From NCBI GenBank assembly GCA_046538485.1, contig JBKHIT010000036.1, forward strand, positions 1-47,600: a stretch of 47,600 nucleotides of DNA, given 5' to 3'. Position 1 is the stretch's first letter, and each line of letters opens with the position of its first letter. Made by a program: the position numbers and the translations under genes. The DNA is from Candidatus Brocadiia bacterium. GTDB taxonomy: Bacteria > Planctomycetota > Brocadiia > SM23-32. The notes below the pieces were generated by a model. It had not been told where the DNA came from. It saw nothing but the letters and a program-made list of their open reading frames with translations, and ran no database searches. Shown here in pieces: positions 9,067 to 19,255 of this stretch.

Positions 9067-10299
9067 CTAATTCAGGAAAGCTTTTTCCACTTTGGCCAGG
9101 GCCGCAGCAATATCCTCGGCTTCTTTTTCGGTATAATTCTCATGCACCGCGATATTGAAGTTTGTGTTTGTTACGGCAATGGCATTGGGTAGTTCTGTGC
9201 GAAGGTCATTGCGTTTGGCGAAATCCCAGGGACACCAGCGGTTTTGCCTGTCCGCATACCAGGGTGCTTCGCACGGGATGTGGCGGTATGAGGCGTTGAC
9301 GGGAATTCCTTCGGCGGCGAGTGCGTCGACGAATTCATCTTTGTTTACCGTTAATTTTTCGGTTTCCAGAGTGATGCGCAGGAACCAGTAGGAAGATTTT
9401 GCTTTCTCAGGTTGCCAGCCGATAGATACGGTTTCAAGTTCTGCAATCTGATCTTCGATTTTTGAGACGATTTTTCGTCGCTTTTCCACGATTTCAGCAA
9501 GTTTTTGTAATTGGACGCGTCCGATAGCGGCTCCGAGATCGTTCTGATTCAGATTGAGGGAAGGGGCGACGTTCCCGCCGGCGTCTTCGAGCCCAAATGG
9601 TTTTCCCCGGTCAGCCAGACGTTTCGCTTTCCAGTAGAGGTCTTCATCTCGGGTAAAGGCCATGCCGCCTTGAGCACCTGAGGCGATATGTTTGCCGGAC
9701 ATTGTTGAGAAAGCAGCGATATCCCCGAACGTGCCGACCGGTTGGCCACCATAAGTTGCTCCGTGGCCCTGAGCACAGTCCTCGACTATACGAATATCGT
9801 GTTTTTCGGCAATATCAAGAACACCGTCCATTTCCACCGGCTCCCCGGCGATATGGGCCACAACCGCCGCGCTGGTGCGGGGTGTGACAACGGCTTCCAA
9901 TTGCTCAGGCCCGAGGTTGTAGCTGCTTGGATCGCAGTCCGCACAGACCGGTATACAATTCAGCAGGGCCACAGGCATCGCCCCACCGGGATCGGTGATA
10001 GGTGGGATGACGACCTCGCTTCCGCGGGGTAGTTGCAGGGCGGCAAGAGAGACAAACACCGCGCTGGTGCCGGAGTTAACCCCATCGGCGAACCCGCCGC
10101 CGAGGATATCAGCGAACTCTTGCTCAAATGCCTCTTCTTGTGGTCCGTTGTATCCAAATGGTGCTCCGGACTGAATGCTTTCGTCAAAAAGAGAGATTGC
10201 GGCATCCTTTTCCTCTTCTCCGAACAAGGCACGCGGAGGCATCGGATCGGAACGAACTGGTTCCCCGCCATGTGCGGCAAGATTGCTGTTTTTGCTCAA
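9067..10299 (-). CDS. DegT/DnrJ/EryC1/StrS PLP-dependent aminotransferase
   Basis: NSGTSA, VEDCAQGHGA, FSTMSGKH (PLP lysine); TTG start with GAGG RBS. Confidence 0.92.
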   Translation of the reverse strand: MSKNSNLAAHGGEPVRSDPMPPRALFGEEEKDAAISLFDESIQSGAPFGYNGPQEEAFEQEFADILGGGFADGVNSGTSAVFVSLAALQLPRGSEVVIPPITDPGGAMPVALLNCIPVCADCDPSSYNLGPEQLEAVVTPRTSAAVVAHIAGEPVEMDGVLDIAEKHDIRIVEDCAQGHGATYGGQPVGTFGDIAAFSTMSGKHIASGAQGGMAFTRDEDLYWKAKRLADRGKPFGLEDAGGNVAPSLNLNQNDLGAAIGRVQLQKLAEIVEKRRKIVSKIEDQIAELETVSIGWQPEKAKSSYWFLRITLETEKLTVNKDEFVDALAAEGIPVNASYRHIPCEAPWYADRQNRWCPWDFAKRNDLRTELPNAIAVTNTNFNIAVHENYTEKEAEDIAAALAKVEKAFLN

Positions 10300-10318
10300 A
10301 TTTGATCCTCTTTCGATT

Positions 10319-11080
10319 TCAACCGGGGAAGTTTACGAGCAGCAGCACATTGTAGATCACGTGAGTAAAGACCGCAATCCCGAGCCCCCTCGTGACGAAA
10401 ATCGTACCGAGGACGGCACCGCAGACGGCTCTGAAAATGAAGACATAACTTTCCACCGGTTCACTGCCAGGGCCGAGGTGGTGGGCGGCTGAGAAAAGCA
10501 GAGCAGAGATAGAGATCATGAGAACGCCGCTTACTACCGGTCCCCACATGAAAAGTTTTTTCAGCAAAAGCATCCCGCCGCCGATCAGAATAAGACGGAA
10601 CAGTAGTTCTTCGTAAACCCCCGCTCCAATACTCAGAAGTAGAGCCTGGGAGTCGATGGGGGTTTGGCTCAAGTAGCGCATGGCGAGTTCATGTATGAAA
10701 CAAGCCGCCGTCGAGACGCTTACCATAAGGAGCAAAGCGTACAGACAGCTTTCGAAAATTATTACGATCATGTAGCTGAACAAGAGGCGGCCATTTTTCT
10801 GCAGTTCCCACAGTGCATAGGCGAGTCCGGCTACGATCAGGATGTTGACTATGGTGGCGACCGGCACGTTGAGATCGGCGAGGTAATTGGTAATCCATAC
10901 CTCGGCCACGTTCCGAGTGGTGCTACCGTTACGCACTATTCCCACCTGATAAATAATCAACAATGGCAGAACTAACGGAATACTGAGGCCCAGTCGGCGC
11001 GACTCGCGCGTATAGCTGAGAAAATCAGCTTCGTTGATTGGCCCCGCTGCTTCGTTGTCTGCCGTGGTTTTGTCCGCCAT
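10319..11080 (-). CDS. CPBP/Abi-family intramembrane glutamic endopeptidase
   Basis: Multiple TM segments; YEELLFR, FSAAHH, HVIYN motifs. Confidence 0.88.
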   Translation of the reverse strand: MADKTTADNEAAGPINEADFLSYTRESRRLGLSIPLVLPLLIIYQVGIVRNGSTTRNVAEVWITNYLADLNVPVATIVNILIVAGLAYALWELQKNGRLLFSYMIVIIFESCLYALLLMVSVSTAACFIHELAMRYLSQTPIDSQALLLSIGAGVYEELLFRLILIGGGMLLLKKLFMWGPVVSGVLMISISALLFSAAHHLGPGSEPVESYVFIFRAVCGAVLGTIFVTRGLGIAVFTHVIYNVLLLVNFPG

Positions 11081-11544
11081 TTCTTCCTCGGAAAGACCAT
11101 TCGAAAGTACTTTTAACGAGTATAGTCGAACGAAACAGCGAATTTCACATTTTGGGGCCTATGGAATGACGGTATTTCCGAAGTGTTTTCGCACCACGGA
11201 AGGGATTGCTTTATTTTGCGCCTGCAGGTCGCTATCAGGGTAATATGGCTTTTTGCGGGGAGTTACCGTTACCCGTACAAACTGGAAAAAAGGGGGTTGT
11301 AAAAAGAATTATTCCAGCATGGATTTTGCAAAGTTTTGCTGTCCATAAATAGGGTGCCGGCCGGCCCTTTTCCGCAGTATTTAAAAATCCGATGCGAAGT
11401 TTGCCTTCGCTGGCAGGAGCGGAATTTGGAAAGGCGTTATCCCTCAATTCAAACAGGTGCCGGAACCACAGAGTTTTTTTCGGCAAACAGGAGGTGGAAT
11501 TTGACCGGCGCGGAGAGGTGATACGGAGCTTTTGAAAAATCCGA

Positions 11545-12378
11545 TCAGCCTGTCGTTTCTTCAAGCGGTGTCCAGGACATGTTCATCAGTTCGATGAAAC
11601 TGTCAGGATGTGTATCGCGGAAAACGCGCGCGGGATGATCCTCATCGGGACGGAGTCGTATCGTACGGACGTATGGCGGCTGCAGATCCGGGTAATGAAA
11701 CGAAGAAGGATCACTTTTGAGTTTTATGGCGGCCTTTTCAGCAGCCTCGTGGATCCGTCCTTGAGATTCTTTTGGGGAGAAATGGACGGCACTGAGTTTG
11801 GCGCGCCGATAGCTCGCCAAGTCCATATCTTCCAATCCATCGGGGAGCAAACCACGTTTGCCCCAGGCGGTGATCACCCCGAGAGTCAGCGCTTCCGCTT
11901 CTTCGATGAAAGCTTTTTCGCCGCACGCCAGAAATGTTGGCACTCCCAGTTGCCGAGCGCAGAGCGACAGTTGACCGTACTCTCCGATCGAGATCCCGTT
12001 GACGTCGAGATCGGCGTATGCGCATGACTGAGTATGAGTGAGGTGAGAATAGGGAGTTCCCGCTTTTGCGTGCTGACCTATCACACCCAGCCCATCGAAT
12101 GATTCATCCAGACCCCAGGGCCAGACCGGGGCGGGGGCTCCGCGCATGAGCTGAGCCCGTTCGTCAAGTAGCTCCGGATCAACTCCCCCGGCTCCGTGTC
12201 CATCCACGACCAACACTTCTTCGATGCCGTTTGCGCAAAGCCCTTCGATAGCGGCGTTCACCTCGGCGGTGAGGAACCGTTTGCCTTTTTCGTAATAACG
12301 GCCTTCCGGCCGGGTCCAGTCTTCGAAATTCAGGACTCCCGCCACCCCTTCCATGTCCGTCATGAGCATGACTTTCAT
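11545..12378 (-). CDS. M55 (DppA-like) metallopeptidase
   Basis: TDMEG, DGHG, GQHAKAG, LTHT, IGE; AAGGAGG RBS. Confidence 0.92.
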   Translation of the reverse strand: MKVMLMTDMEGVAGVLNFEDWTRPEGRYYEKGKRFLTAEVNAAIEGLCANGIEEVLVVDGHGAGGVDPELLDERAQLMRGAPAPVWPWGLDESFDGLGVIGQHAKAGTPYSHLTHTQSCAYADLDVNGISIGEYGQLSLCARQLGVPTFLACGEKAFIEEAEALTLGVITAWGKRGLLPDGLEDMDLASYRRAKLSAVHFSPKESQGRIHEAAEKAAIKLKSDPSSFHYPDLQPPYVRTIRLRPDEDHPARVFRDTHPDSFIELMNMSWTPLEETTG

Positions 12379-12449
12379 GTTTTCCTCCTTGTGCAGGTTC
12401 CCGCTGCATCATTTGATCCGTAAAAGCCGTATTTTATGAGACATTGCTT

Positions 12450-15326
12450 TCAGTCGCTTTCGGGCGAGAAACCGGTTTCTTCAACGGCTTTCACGCAACG
12501 CTCACAGAGGTCCGGCCAGTCGCTGTTTTCCCCGACGGACGGTCGCAGGTTCCAGCAACGTTCGCATTTTGCGTATTCGGAGGGAGTGGTGGAGATACGT
12601 AAACTGGTTTCTTTTTCCCCGGCGACCATTGGCTCGGCCTTTTGCGGTTCGGAATCGCCCTCAATGATTTCTAACTCGCTGAGAAGAAGTAGTTCCTGAA
12701 CGGTATCCGCGTATTGGTCGAAGATTTCGCTGAGGGTGTTGCTATCGGTCCAGAGCTCCACCGAGACTTCCATGCTGTTGGAGACATCCTTGCCTTCCCG
12801 CAGCTCCTCGATGGCGCGTGATACATCGTCGCGCACGTTCAGAATGCGCGTCCACCGTTCGTGCAGCTGGCCATCAAGCCAGCTGTTGGGTACCTGCGGC
12901 CAGCTGGCCAGATGAACGCTTTCAAGATCCTCGTCTTTATGCTCGATGTGCGCCCAGACTTCCTCAGCGGTGTGAACGAGAACAGGAGCGCAGAGGCGCG
13001 TCAGTGTCAGAAGCACATGATGCAATGCCGTCTGAGCGCTGCGGCGTTCCGGCCAGTTTTTGCCCGCGCAATAGAGCCGATCTTTCAGAGCGTCGAAATA
13101 GGTTGAACTCATCTGCACGGCGCAGAAATTATGCAGGAGCGTATAGACGCGGTGGAGGTCGTAGCTTTCCCAGGCGTCGGTGATATCTTCAATCAGACGC
13201 GCGGTTTCGTCGAGCGCCCAGCAGTCCATCTCCCGCAGCTCATCAATCGGAAGCGCATCGGTTTCTGGATTAAAATCGGAAAGATTGCCCAGCAAGAAAC
13301 GGAATGTGTTTCGAATTCTGCGGTAGGCATCGACCATATTTTTCCGGATGTAATCCGCCGAAACACTGATCGTATCACGGTAGTCGACGCTCAACATCCA
13401 GAGCCGAAGGACCTCGGCGTGGAAGTCTTCGACGGCTTCTTCGACACTGATGAAGTTGCCAGCGGATTTTGACATTTTTCGGCCCTCTTCGTCGACGACA
13501 AAACCGTGGGTGAGGACGGTATCGTAGGGAGGGCTCTGCCAGGCGGCCATTGAGGGCAGGAGCGAGAGCTGGAACCAGCCCCTGTATTGATCGGTGCCTT
13601 CAAGGTAGAGATCAACGGGAAATTTCAGTTCCGGGCGTTTGCGGCATACGCTATGGTGGCTTGAGCCACTCTCGAACCAGACGTCAAAAATATCTTTTTC
13701 TTTCCGCCAGTTCTGGCCGCCGCATTTCGGGCATGAGGTACCTTCCGGCAGGAAAGGGTGGACATCGTCGATTTCGAACCAGCTATCCGCGCCGCGTTCC
13801 GCAAAAACCTCGCCGACGTGGAGGACGCTCTCCCGGGTGAGCAAAACTTCGCCGCAACCTTCGCAGTAGAAAGCCGGGATGGGAACTCCCCACGATTTTT
13901 GCCGGGAGATACACCAGTCCGGTCTTTCCGAGACCATGCTTTTCATTCGTTTTTCTCCCCAGGCGGGGACCCAATCAACGTTTCCAACGGTTTCCAGAAC
14001 GCTTTCCCGGAATTCTTCGTGGTCGATACGCACAAACCACTGGTTAGTTGCGCGGAAGATGACCGGCTCGTGGCAACGCCAGCAATGGGGATAGGAGTGG
14101 GTATCTTCGCCCCACTGAAGCATATACCCTTCTTCGACGAGATGTTCGACGATCGTGCGATCACCTTCCTCGATGTGTTGTCCCGCAAACGGACCGGCTT
14201 CTTCGGTGAAATATCCCCTTTCATCGACAGGACTTAGGATATCGAGACCGTGATTAATGCCTGTTACGTAGTCTTCCAGCCCGTGTCCCGGGGCTGTATG
14301 AACGCAGCCGGTTCCATCTTCAAGCGTGACATATTGGGCAGGGACGACCGGGCATTCTCGGTCGATGAACGGATGCCGGTATTCCATTCCAACGAGGTCA
14401 TCGCCTTTGACGCGGCCCAGAAGTTCGTAATCTTCAACTCCCGCGCCACGGAGAACGCTATCGGTCGGGCCCTTGGCGAGGATACTGACGATCTTTTCGC
14501 CGGTTTGGGGGTGTTCGTAGCGAGCTGCAACGTAGTCAGCCCTCGGATGAACTGCGACCGCCAGATTCGCGGGAAGTGTCCACGGTGTGGTCGTCCAGAT
14601 CAGGATATGGACGGTGTCTTCGCCTTTAAGGTCGAAGAGTTTCCACGGATCGACGGCGGCGCCTTTTTCGGCATGCCGCAGGACCGGGAAATTGACGAAA
14701 ATAGAGGGACCTGATACGTCTTCGTATTCAAGTTCGGCTTCCGCGAGCACAGTGCGGCAGTGGTGGCACCAGTGGACCGGTTTGAGGTCGCGGTAGACAA
14801 ATCCGTTGCCGACCATTTCTGCGAAGACCTCAAGCGTGCCCTGTTCATATTGGTGGTTCAGAGTGAGGTATGGATTATCCCAATCTCCATCGATGCCGAG
14901 GGAGCGGAACTGCTGTTTTTGGACATCGACGTATGTCAGGGCATAATCGCGACATCGGGCTCGGATCTCGCTGCGGGGTGTGTTTTCACGGCCTTCGCCC
15001 AATTCTTCGAGAACTTTGACTTCAATGGGCAGACCGTGGCAGTCCCATCCCGGCACGTATGGTGCGTCGTACCCCTTCATGTTGTGGAAACGGACAAAGA
15101 AATCTTTGAGGACTTTGTTAAGCCCTGTGCCAACATGGAGTTCGCCCGTGGGGTAGGGGGGGCCGTCATGAAGCACATATTTTTCCTGCCCTTCGCGTGC
15201 TTCGCGCAGTTTCTCGTAGAGTCTGTTTTCTTTCCACTGACGCTGCATTTCGGGTTCGAGCCGCGCCAGTTTGGCCTTCATTGAGAAATCTGTATCCGGC
15301 AGGTTGATTGTTTCTTTATAGCTCAT
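12450..15326 (-). CDS. ileS: Isoleucine--tRNA ligase (type 1)
   Basis: LHDGPPY, GWDCHGLP, WTTTPWTLP, WCISRQ, KMSKS, C-terminal CERC..CERC zinc finger. Confidence 0.98.
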   Translation of the reverse strand: MSYKETINLPDTDFSMKAKLARLEPEMQRQWKENRLYEKLREAREGQEKYVLHDGPPYPTGELHVGTGLNKVLKDFFVRFHNMKGYDAPYVPGWDCHGLPIEVKVLEELGEGRENTPRSEIRARCRDYALTYVDVQKQQFRSLGIDGDWDNPYLTLNHQYEQGTLEVFAEMVGNGFVYRDLKPVHWCHHCRTVLAEAELEYEDVSGPSIFVNFPVLRHAEKGAAVDPWKLFDLKGEDTVHILIWTTTPWTLPANLAVAVHPRADYVAARYEHPQTGEKIVSILAKGPTDSVLRGAGVEDYELLGRVKGDDLVGMEYRHPFIDRECPVVPAQYVTLEDGTGCVHTAPGHGLEDYVTGINHGLDILSPVDERGYFTEEAGPFAGQHIEEGDRTIVEHLVEEGYMLQWGEDTHSYPHCWRCHEPVIFRATNQWFVRIDHEEFRESVLETVGNVDWVPAWGEKRMKSMVSERPDWCISRQKSWGVPIPAFYCEGCGEVLLTRESVLHVGEVFAERGADSWFEIDDVHPFLPEGTSCPKCGGQNWRKEKDIFDVWFESGSSHHSVCRKRPELKFPVDLYLEGTDQYRGWFQLSLLPSMAAWQSPPYDTVLTHGFVVDEEGRKMSKSAGNFISVEEAVEDFHAEVLRLWMLSVDYRDTISVSADYIRKNMVDAYRRIRNTFRFLLGNLSDFNPETDALPIDELREMDCWALDETARLIEDITDAWESYDLHRVYTLLHNFCAVQMSSTYFDALKDRLYCAGKNWPERRSAQTALHHVLLTLTRLCAPVLVHTAEEVWAHIEHKDEDLESVHLASWPQVPNSWLDGQLHERWTRILNVRDDVSRAIEELREGKDVSNSMEVSVELWTDSNTLSEIFDQYADTVQELLLLSELEIIEGDSEPQKAEPMVAGEKETSLRISTTPSEYAKCERCWNLRPSVGENSDWPDLCERCVKAVEETGFSPESD

Positions 15327-15437
15327 CGTTGGTCTCGGTCAGAACGAATGAATTCGGGGGAACATCGCTATCAGGTGCGGCCGGGTTTCAATGCCCTGTA
15401 TGCGTTCTGCGGGAGGGAGAGAAATTGGGAGCGGGGC

Positions 15438-15722
15438 TCAGATTATAATCTCATCGAGCGTGCGGGGAGAAACGCGCTCGATGAGCACCTCCTTTTCCCT
15501 GGAAGTCTGTCCGGACACGATTCGCACCTGCGATTTGCGCACACCCAACTCGCCGGCAAGGAACTTGCACAACGCCTCGTTCGCCTTCCCTCTTTCGGGC
15601 GCGGCACTGAGGGCTATTTTCGCGCGGCCGTTGTATTCTCCCCGGAGCTCATTCCGGCTGGCGCCCGGGGTGACGTGCACCGGCAGCACATAGCCCGCAT
15701 TTTTCTTTTGCAGTTTAATCAT
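15438..15722 (-). CDS. DUF167/YggU (UPF0235) family protein
   Basis: VHVTPGASRNE, APERGKANEAL, GQTSREK. Confidence 0.9.
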   Translation of the reverse strand: MIKLQKKNAGYVLPVHVTPGASRNELRGEYNGRAKIALSAAPERGKANEALCKFLAGELGVRKSQVRIVSGQTSREKEVLIERVSPRTLDEIII

Positions 15723-15985
15723 GATCCGGTCTCGTCTTAAATGGCCTCAGAAAGCCCGCTCCACACTGTTTTCAGGCCGGTAATTCTACTGTGAATGACC
15801 GGGGTCGTCAAACTATCGGCGCGGTGCCTCGCCAGTATGATGGCGTTGTGTATGGAGAGAAAAGCGGGAGTTTTTGGCCTGCAAGGGGTACCAAATGCTC
15901 GGTAAGTTATCGCTGAAAATTCTGGGAAAAGATGGTCCAGATGTCCGAGAGAGGTTGCCTGCCTGATGGGAGAAGTTTTCGTTTC

Positions 15986-16014
15986 TTGACAGGCGGTGAT
16001 GTGTCTGGTAGCGT
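15986..16014 (+). promoter_or_regulatory. Putative sigma70 promoter of M20 gene
   Basis: TTGACA-17 bp-TAGCGT with TGn extension, 60 bp upstream of ATG 16074. Confidence 0.5.
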
Positions 16015-16073
16015 CCGGCCAGCAGTTGTAACAACTTCCGCTGTCATTATTGCGTAATAGAAGGCAAAAAAAA

Positions 16074-17816
16074 ATGGGAAAAATATCCGGTGAAATTGCC
16101 GAGCAGCTTCAGACCGTGTTGGAACAAGCAGACATCCGGCAATGGGTCGTTCAAATGGTCGAAGAAATGGTGAATATTGATACAATTCCTTCTGAGGATC
16201 TCAAGACAGCGGCCGAGCAAGAAAGCCATGTTTTCGATCTGATAGAAGAGCACGTTCGCGATATTTACGGTACCGAATGCGAGGTGGAGCGCGCCCCGAT
16301 AGATCCTCGTATTCAAGAAGAACCAGCATATACACAGCCTTTTTATGCTGGTGGCGCAGATGGCGAAGTGCCATCTGCGGATATGGTTTACGAGAATCGT
16401 TGCAACCTTGTTGTCAGAATTCCCGGGCAAGAGAAAGGAATTATTGCGATTAACGCCCATGTCGATACGGTCGGACCCTTTTTCCCGTTTGAGAAAAAGG
16501 CAAACAGGTTGGTGGGGCGGGGAGCTGTGGATGACAAAGGCCAGATTGCGATGATTCTGGCGGCGGCGCGGATTCTGAAGCAGGTCGGGGAAGCTTCGGA
16601 AGAGGCGACGCATCCTGATTTGTGCCTTCAGTTTGTTATTGATGAAGAAATGGGAGGGAATGGTTCACTTTCCCTGGCGGCTGACCGCCAGAGACGATGG
16701 GATTGTGTGGTGGTCTGCGAGGCAACGGAACAAAAGGCCCATCCTGCTAACCGTGGCGCTACCTGGTACCGCATTGAGCTGTCCACCAATAGTCGGATTA
16801 ATGCTGGTTTGGTCGGAGCTGAGATTCTGCTCGCCTTGAGAAAAGAAGGGGAGACGATCCGTTCCGAGAGCGATCACCCGCTGTTCCCGGATCGTCCCGT
16901 TCAGACATGCAACGGTGAGTTCGGGTCGTGGGGAATGCATCCTTCGAGAGTATGCCCCATGATGGGACTTTCTGTGGTCAGCCGAGGCAATGGCTCGGAT
17001 GATTTGCGGGATCGCGTGGATTCCTGTTGTCAGAAGGGGTGTGATGCCTACTGCCAGAAGTACGGGGACGCGACCGAGAAACCAGATATCGATGCGCCCG
17101 GCCAACCGATGGTGATTCGGCATTACGATATTGTGGATGGGAACTCAGACGTGTTTGTCGCGGTGTACGGGCGTTCAGGACATATGGGCAAGATTCGTGA
17201 ACTTGACTGCGCGGCCACAAAAGCGGCCTATATTTTCCGCGAGTTGGCCGACGAGTTCGAGGATGATGAGGTTGAGCTTGTGCTGGCCGATGCCCCGCCG
17301 GCTGAACAACAAAGGCCTCCCCAAAGTCGCGACGACGAAACTTTGTATTTCGAGCCCAATCCGGATTCACAAGGGGGGCTGGTGTTGGAAGGCGGACAGG
17401 GTTTTGTGCCGACACACTCGATCGAGGATGTGCAGGCGAGGGTTGAAAATGCTGCGAGGGAGGCTATGAAAAAATATCTGGAAGAAAAAGGAGAAAGCCA
17501 GGATGCCGCCTCGCTGAGAGTTAGTTTTGAACGGTTGCATAATAATGCTTTTGAACGTCCCGTAGAATGCCCCTGTATGCGAGCAATGGTTGCTGCGCGA
17601 GAGGCAGCAGGTTGCAAGGCTCAAAAACCGATTCGTGGTTGGGAAGTCAGCTGCGACGCGCGGCTTTTCGCGGATTTGCGACCCGGATCCGATATCGTAA
17701 CGTTCGGAGCGGGCGAACTGCGCTACGCACACAGCGAAGAAGAAAGTGTGAGGACTGATGAGATCATGACGGGGGCGAAAGTCCTCGCGTACTTTGCACT
17801 GCTTTATGGCATCTGA
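16074..17816 (+). CDS. M20/ArgE-DapE family metallohydrolase
   Basis: NAHVDTV, GRGAVDDKG, DEE, CEAT, SCDA..., FGAG..AH. Confidence 0.88.
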   Translation: MGKISGEIAEQLQTVLEQADIRQWVVQMVEEMVNIDTIPSEDLKTAAEQESHVFDLIEEHVRDIYGTECEVERAPIDPRIQEEPAYTQPFYAGGADGEVPSADMVYENRCNLVVRIPGQEKGIIAINAHVDTVGPFFPFEKKANRLVGRGAVDDKGQIAMILAAARILKQVGEASEEATHPDLCLQFVIDEEMGGNGSLSLAADRQRRWDCVVVCEATEQKAHPANRGATWYRIELSTNSRINAGLVGAEILLALRKEGETIRSESDHPLFPDRPVQTCNGEFGSWGMHPSRVCPMMGLSVVSRGNGSDDLRDRVDSCCQKGCDAYCQKYGDATEKPDIDAPGQPMVIRHYDIVDGNSDVFVAVYGRSGHMGKIRELDCAATKAAYIFRELADEFEDDEVELVLADAPPAEQQRPPQSRDDETLYFEPNPDSQGGLVLEGGQGFVPTHSIEDVQARVENAAREAMKKYLEEKGESQDAASLRVSFERLHNNAFERPVECPCMRAMVAAREAAGCKAQKPIRGWEVSCDARLFADLRPGSDIVTFGAGELRYAHSEEESVRTDEIMTGAKVLAYFALLYGI

Positions 17817-17837
17817 TAGGAAGTGCAGATCGGTCTG

Positions 17838-18299
17838 TCAGTGGACCCCCTGGATGTGCAGCAGCTGCCAGACAAGAAAGATAATTGTCCCGAGGAAAAT
17901 CGCACCGGCAATAAGATGCGCCCACAGCAGGTGCTTCATTTTTTCGTCGCGCTTTTGTTCTTCGCGACGCAATTCAGCCATTGCCTGACGCAACACGATT
18001 ACGTGTCGTTTCACAGCTTCTTTCAGCCTCTTGTTATCGGCCTCCGTCTCGACGTTTTTTCCCGGCGAAATATCTTTTTGGCGGGGAATGATTCCCGTGC
18101 GTTCTTTGAGAGACCTGAGCACATCTTCCTTCCGATACCGCCGTGCGGATGCCTGATCTCTTGCGGTTAAGTGGACGCGCGAGGGCCAGCAATCTTCGCG
18201 GGCCCAAACTGTCAGTTCCTGGAGAGACTGTCCTGTCATAGCCGAGGCCTCGGCTGCGGTGACCCAATCGTCCGGTTCTCTTTTTCTCGCCGTTGACAT
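17838..18299 (-). CDS. MerR/HTH_17-like DNA-binding protein with coiled coil and C-terminal TM helix
   Basis: WVTAAEASAMTG...WAR...RRYRKEDV; hydrophobic C-terminus LLWAHLIAGAIFLGTIIFLVWQLL. Confidence 0.65.
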   Translation of the reverse strand: MSTARKREPDDWVTAAEASAMTGQSLQELTVWAREDCWPSRVHLTARDQASARRYRKEDVLRSLKERTGIIPRQKDISPGKNVETEADNKRLKEAVKRHVIVLRQAMAELRREEQKRDEKMKHLLWAHLIAGAIFLGTIIFLVWQLLHIQGVH

Positions 18300-18528
18300 G
18301 TGTTGAAATCATAACGAGATCGGGAGGCGGAAAACAAGAATTTCTCAAGATCACGGTTTCAGCCGGGGGGTTTCGAGCGGATAGTGACTTTAAAAACGCA
18401 GTGCTAAACGACAGGAGATCTGGGAACTGTGAGCTGAGGATTAGACAGCAGGATCTGGACGGGCTATCATGAGATACGATAAGATCTCTTCCAGCTTTTT
18501 TTGTTTCTTTACTGACGGTACATGATTA

Positions 18529-19215
18529 ATGCCTCAACGCGTTCCATTCGGTTGTCTGGCCCTGGCGGTCATCATGGGCATGCTTGTGATTTTCCCGCTT
18601 CTCCTGGCCGATCTGGCTTTGCATGCGCTGGCAAAGCTCGGCTTAACGGGTCCTGTTTCTCTTCTGGTGATTTTGGGGGTTCTATTTGGTGGGTTCATAA
18701 ATATTCCGGTCAAAAAAATTCCGCGCGAGGAGAAAATTCAGGTGCCGCGGATCGCACTTTTCGGGATTGGACAATTCCTCCCGAGTCTCGTAACCCGGCG
18801 CACATATACCATAATCGCAATCAATTTCGGTGGTTGCATCATCCCGACGGGTATTGCTTTTTATGAGCTCTGGCGTCTTGGGATCGAAGGAACGGGACCA
18901 CTTTTGATCGGGTTACTGGCCGTTGCGATCAATATTGTGGTGTGCTATTACGCCTCACGTCCGGTGCCGAATGTCGGGATCGCAATGCGACCGTTCATTC
19001 CTGCGATCATTGCCGCACTGTGCGGTATTTTGCTGCTTCCCCAACTGGCTCCGCCGGTGGCGTGTGCGGCCGGAGTGCTGGGTCCGCTCATCGGAGCCGA
19101 CCTGTTCCATTTGAAAGATATCGGTGGCGTAAGGACGGGGGTTGCGAGCATCGGGGGAGCGGGCACTTTCGACGGCATCGTTCTCTCGGGTTTTATTGCA
19201 ACATTGCTGGCCTGA
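18529..19215 (+). CDS. DUF1614 membrane protein
   Basis: GGFINIPV, IAINFGGCIIP, GVLGPLIGADL, SIGGAGTFDGI. Confidence 0.9.
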   Translation: MPQRVPFGCLALAVIMGMLVIFPLLLADLALHALAKLGLTGPVSLLVILGVLFGGFINIPVKKIPREEKIQVPRIALFGIGQFLPSLVTRRTYTIIAINFGGCIIPTGIAFYELWRLGIEGTGPLLIGLLAVAINIVVCYYASRPVPNVGIAMRPFIPAIIAALCGILLLPQLAPPVACAAGVLGPLIGADLFHLKDIGGVRTGVASIGGAGTFDGIVLSGFIATLLA

Positions 19216-19255
19216 GGGAACAAATAGCGAATTAAATGTGCGCAAGGAGAATCTC

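Noticed and set aside
15125..15145. IleRS HIGH motif reads HVGT
   Set aside because: HxGT variants occur in ordinary type 1 IleRS; not the GxHH type 2 variant linked to mupirocin hyper-resistance
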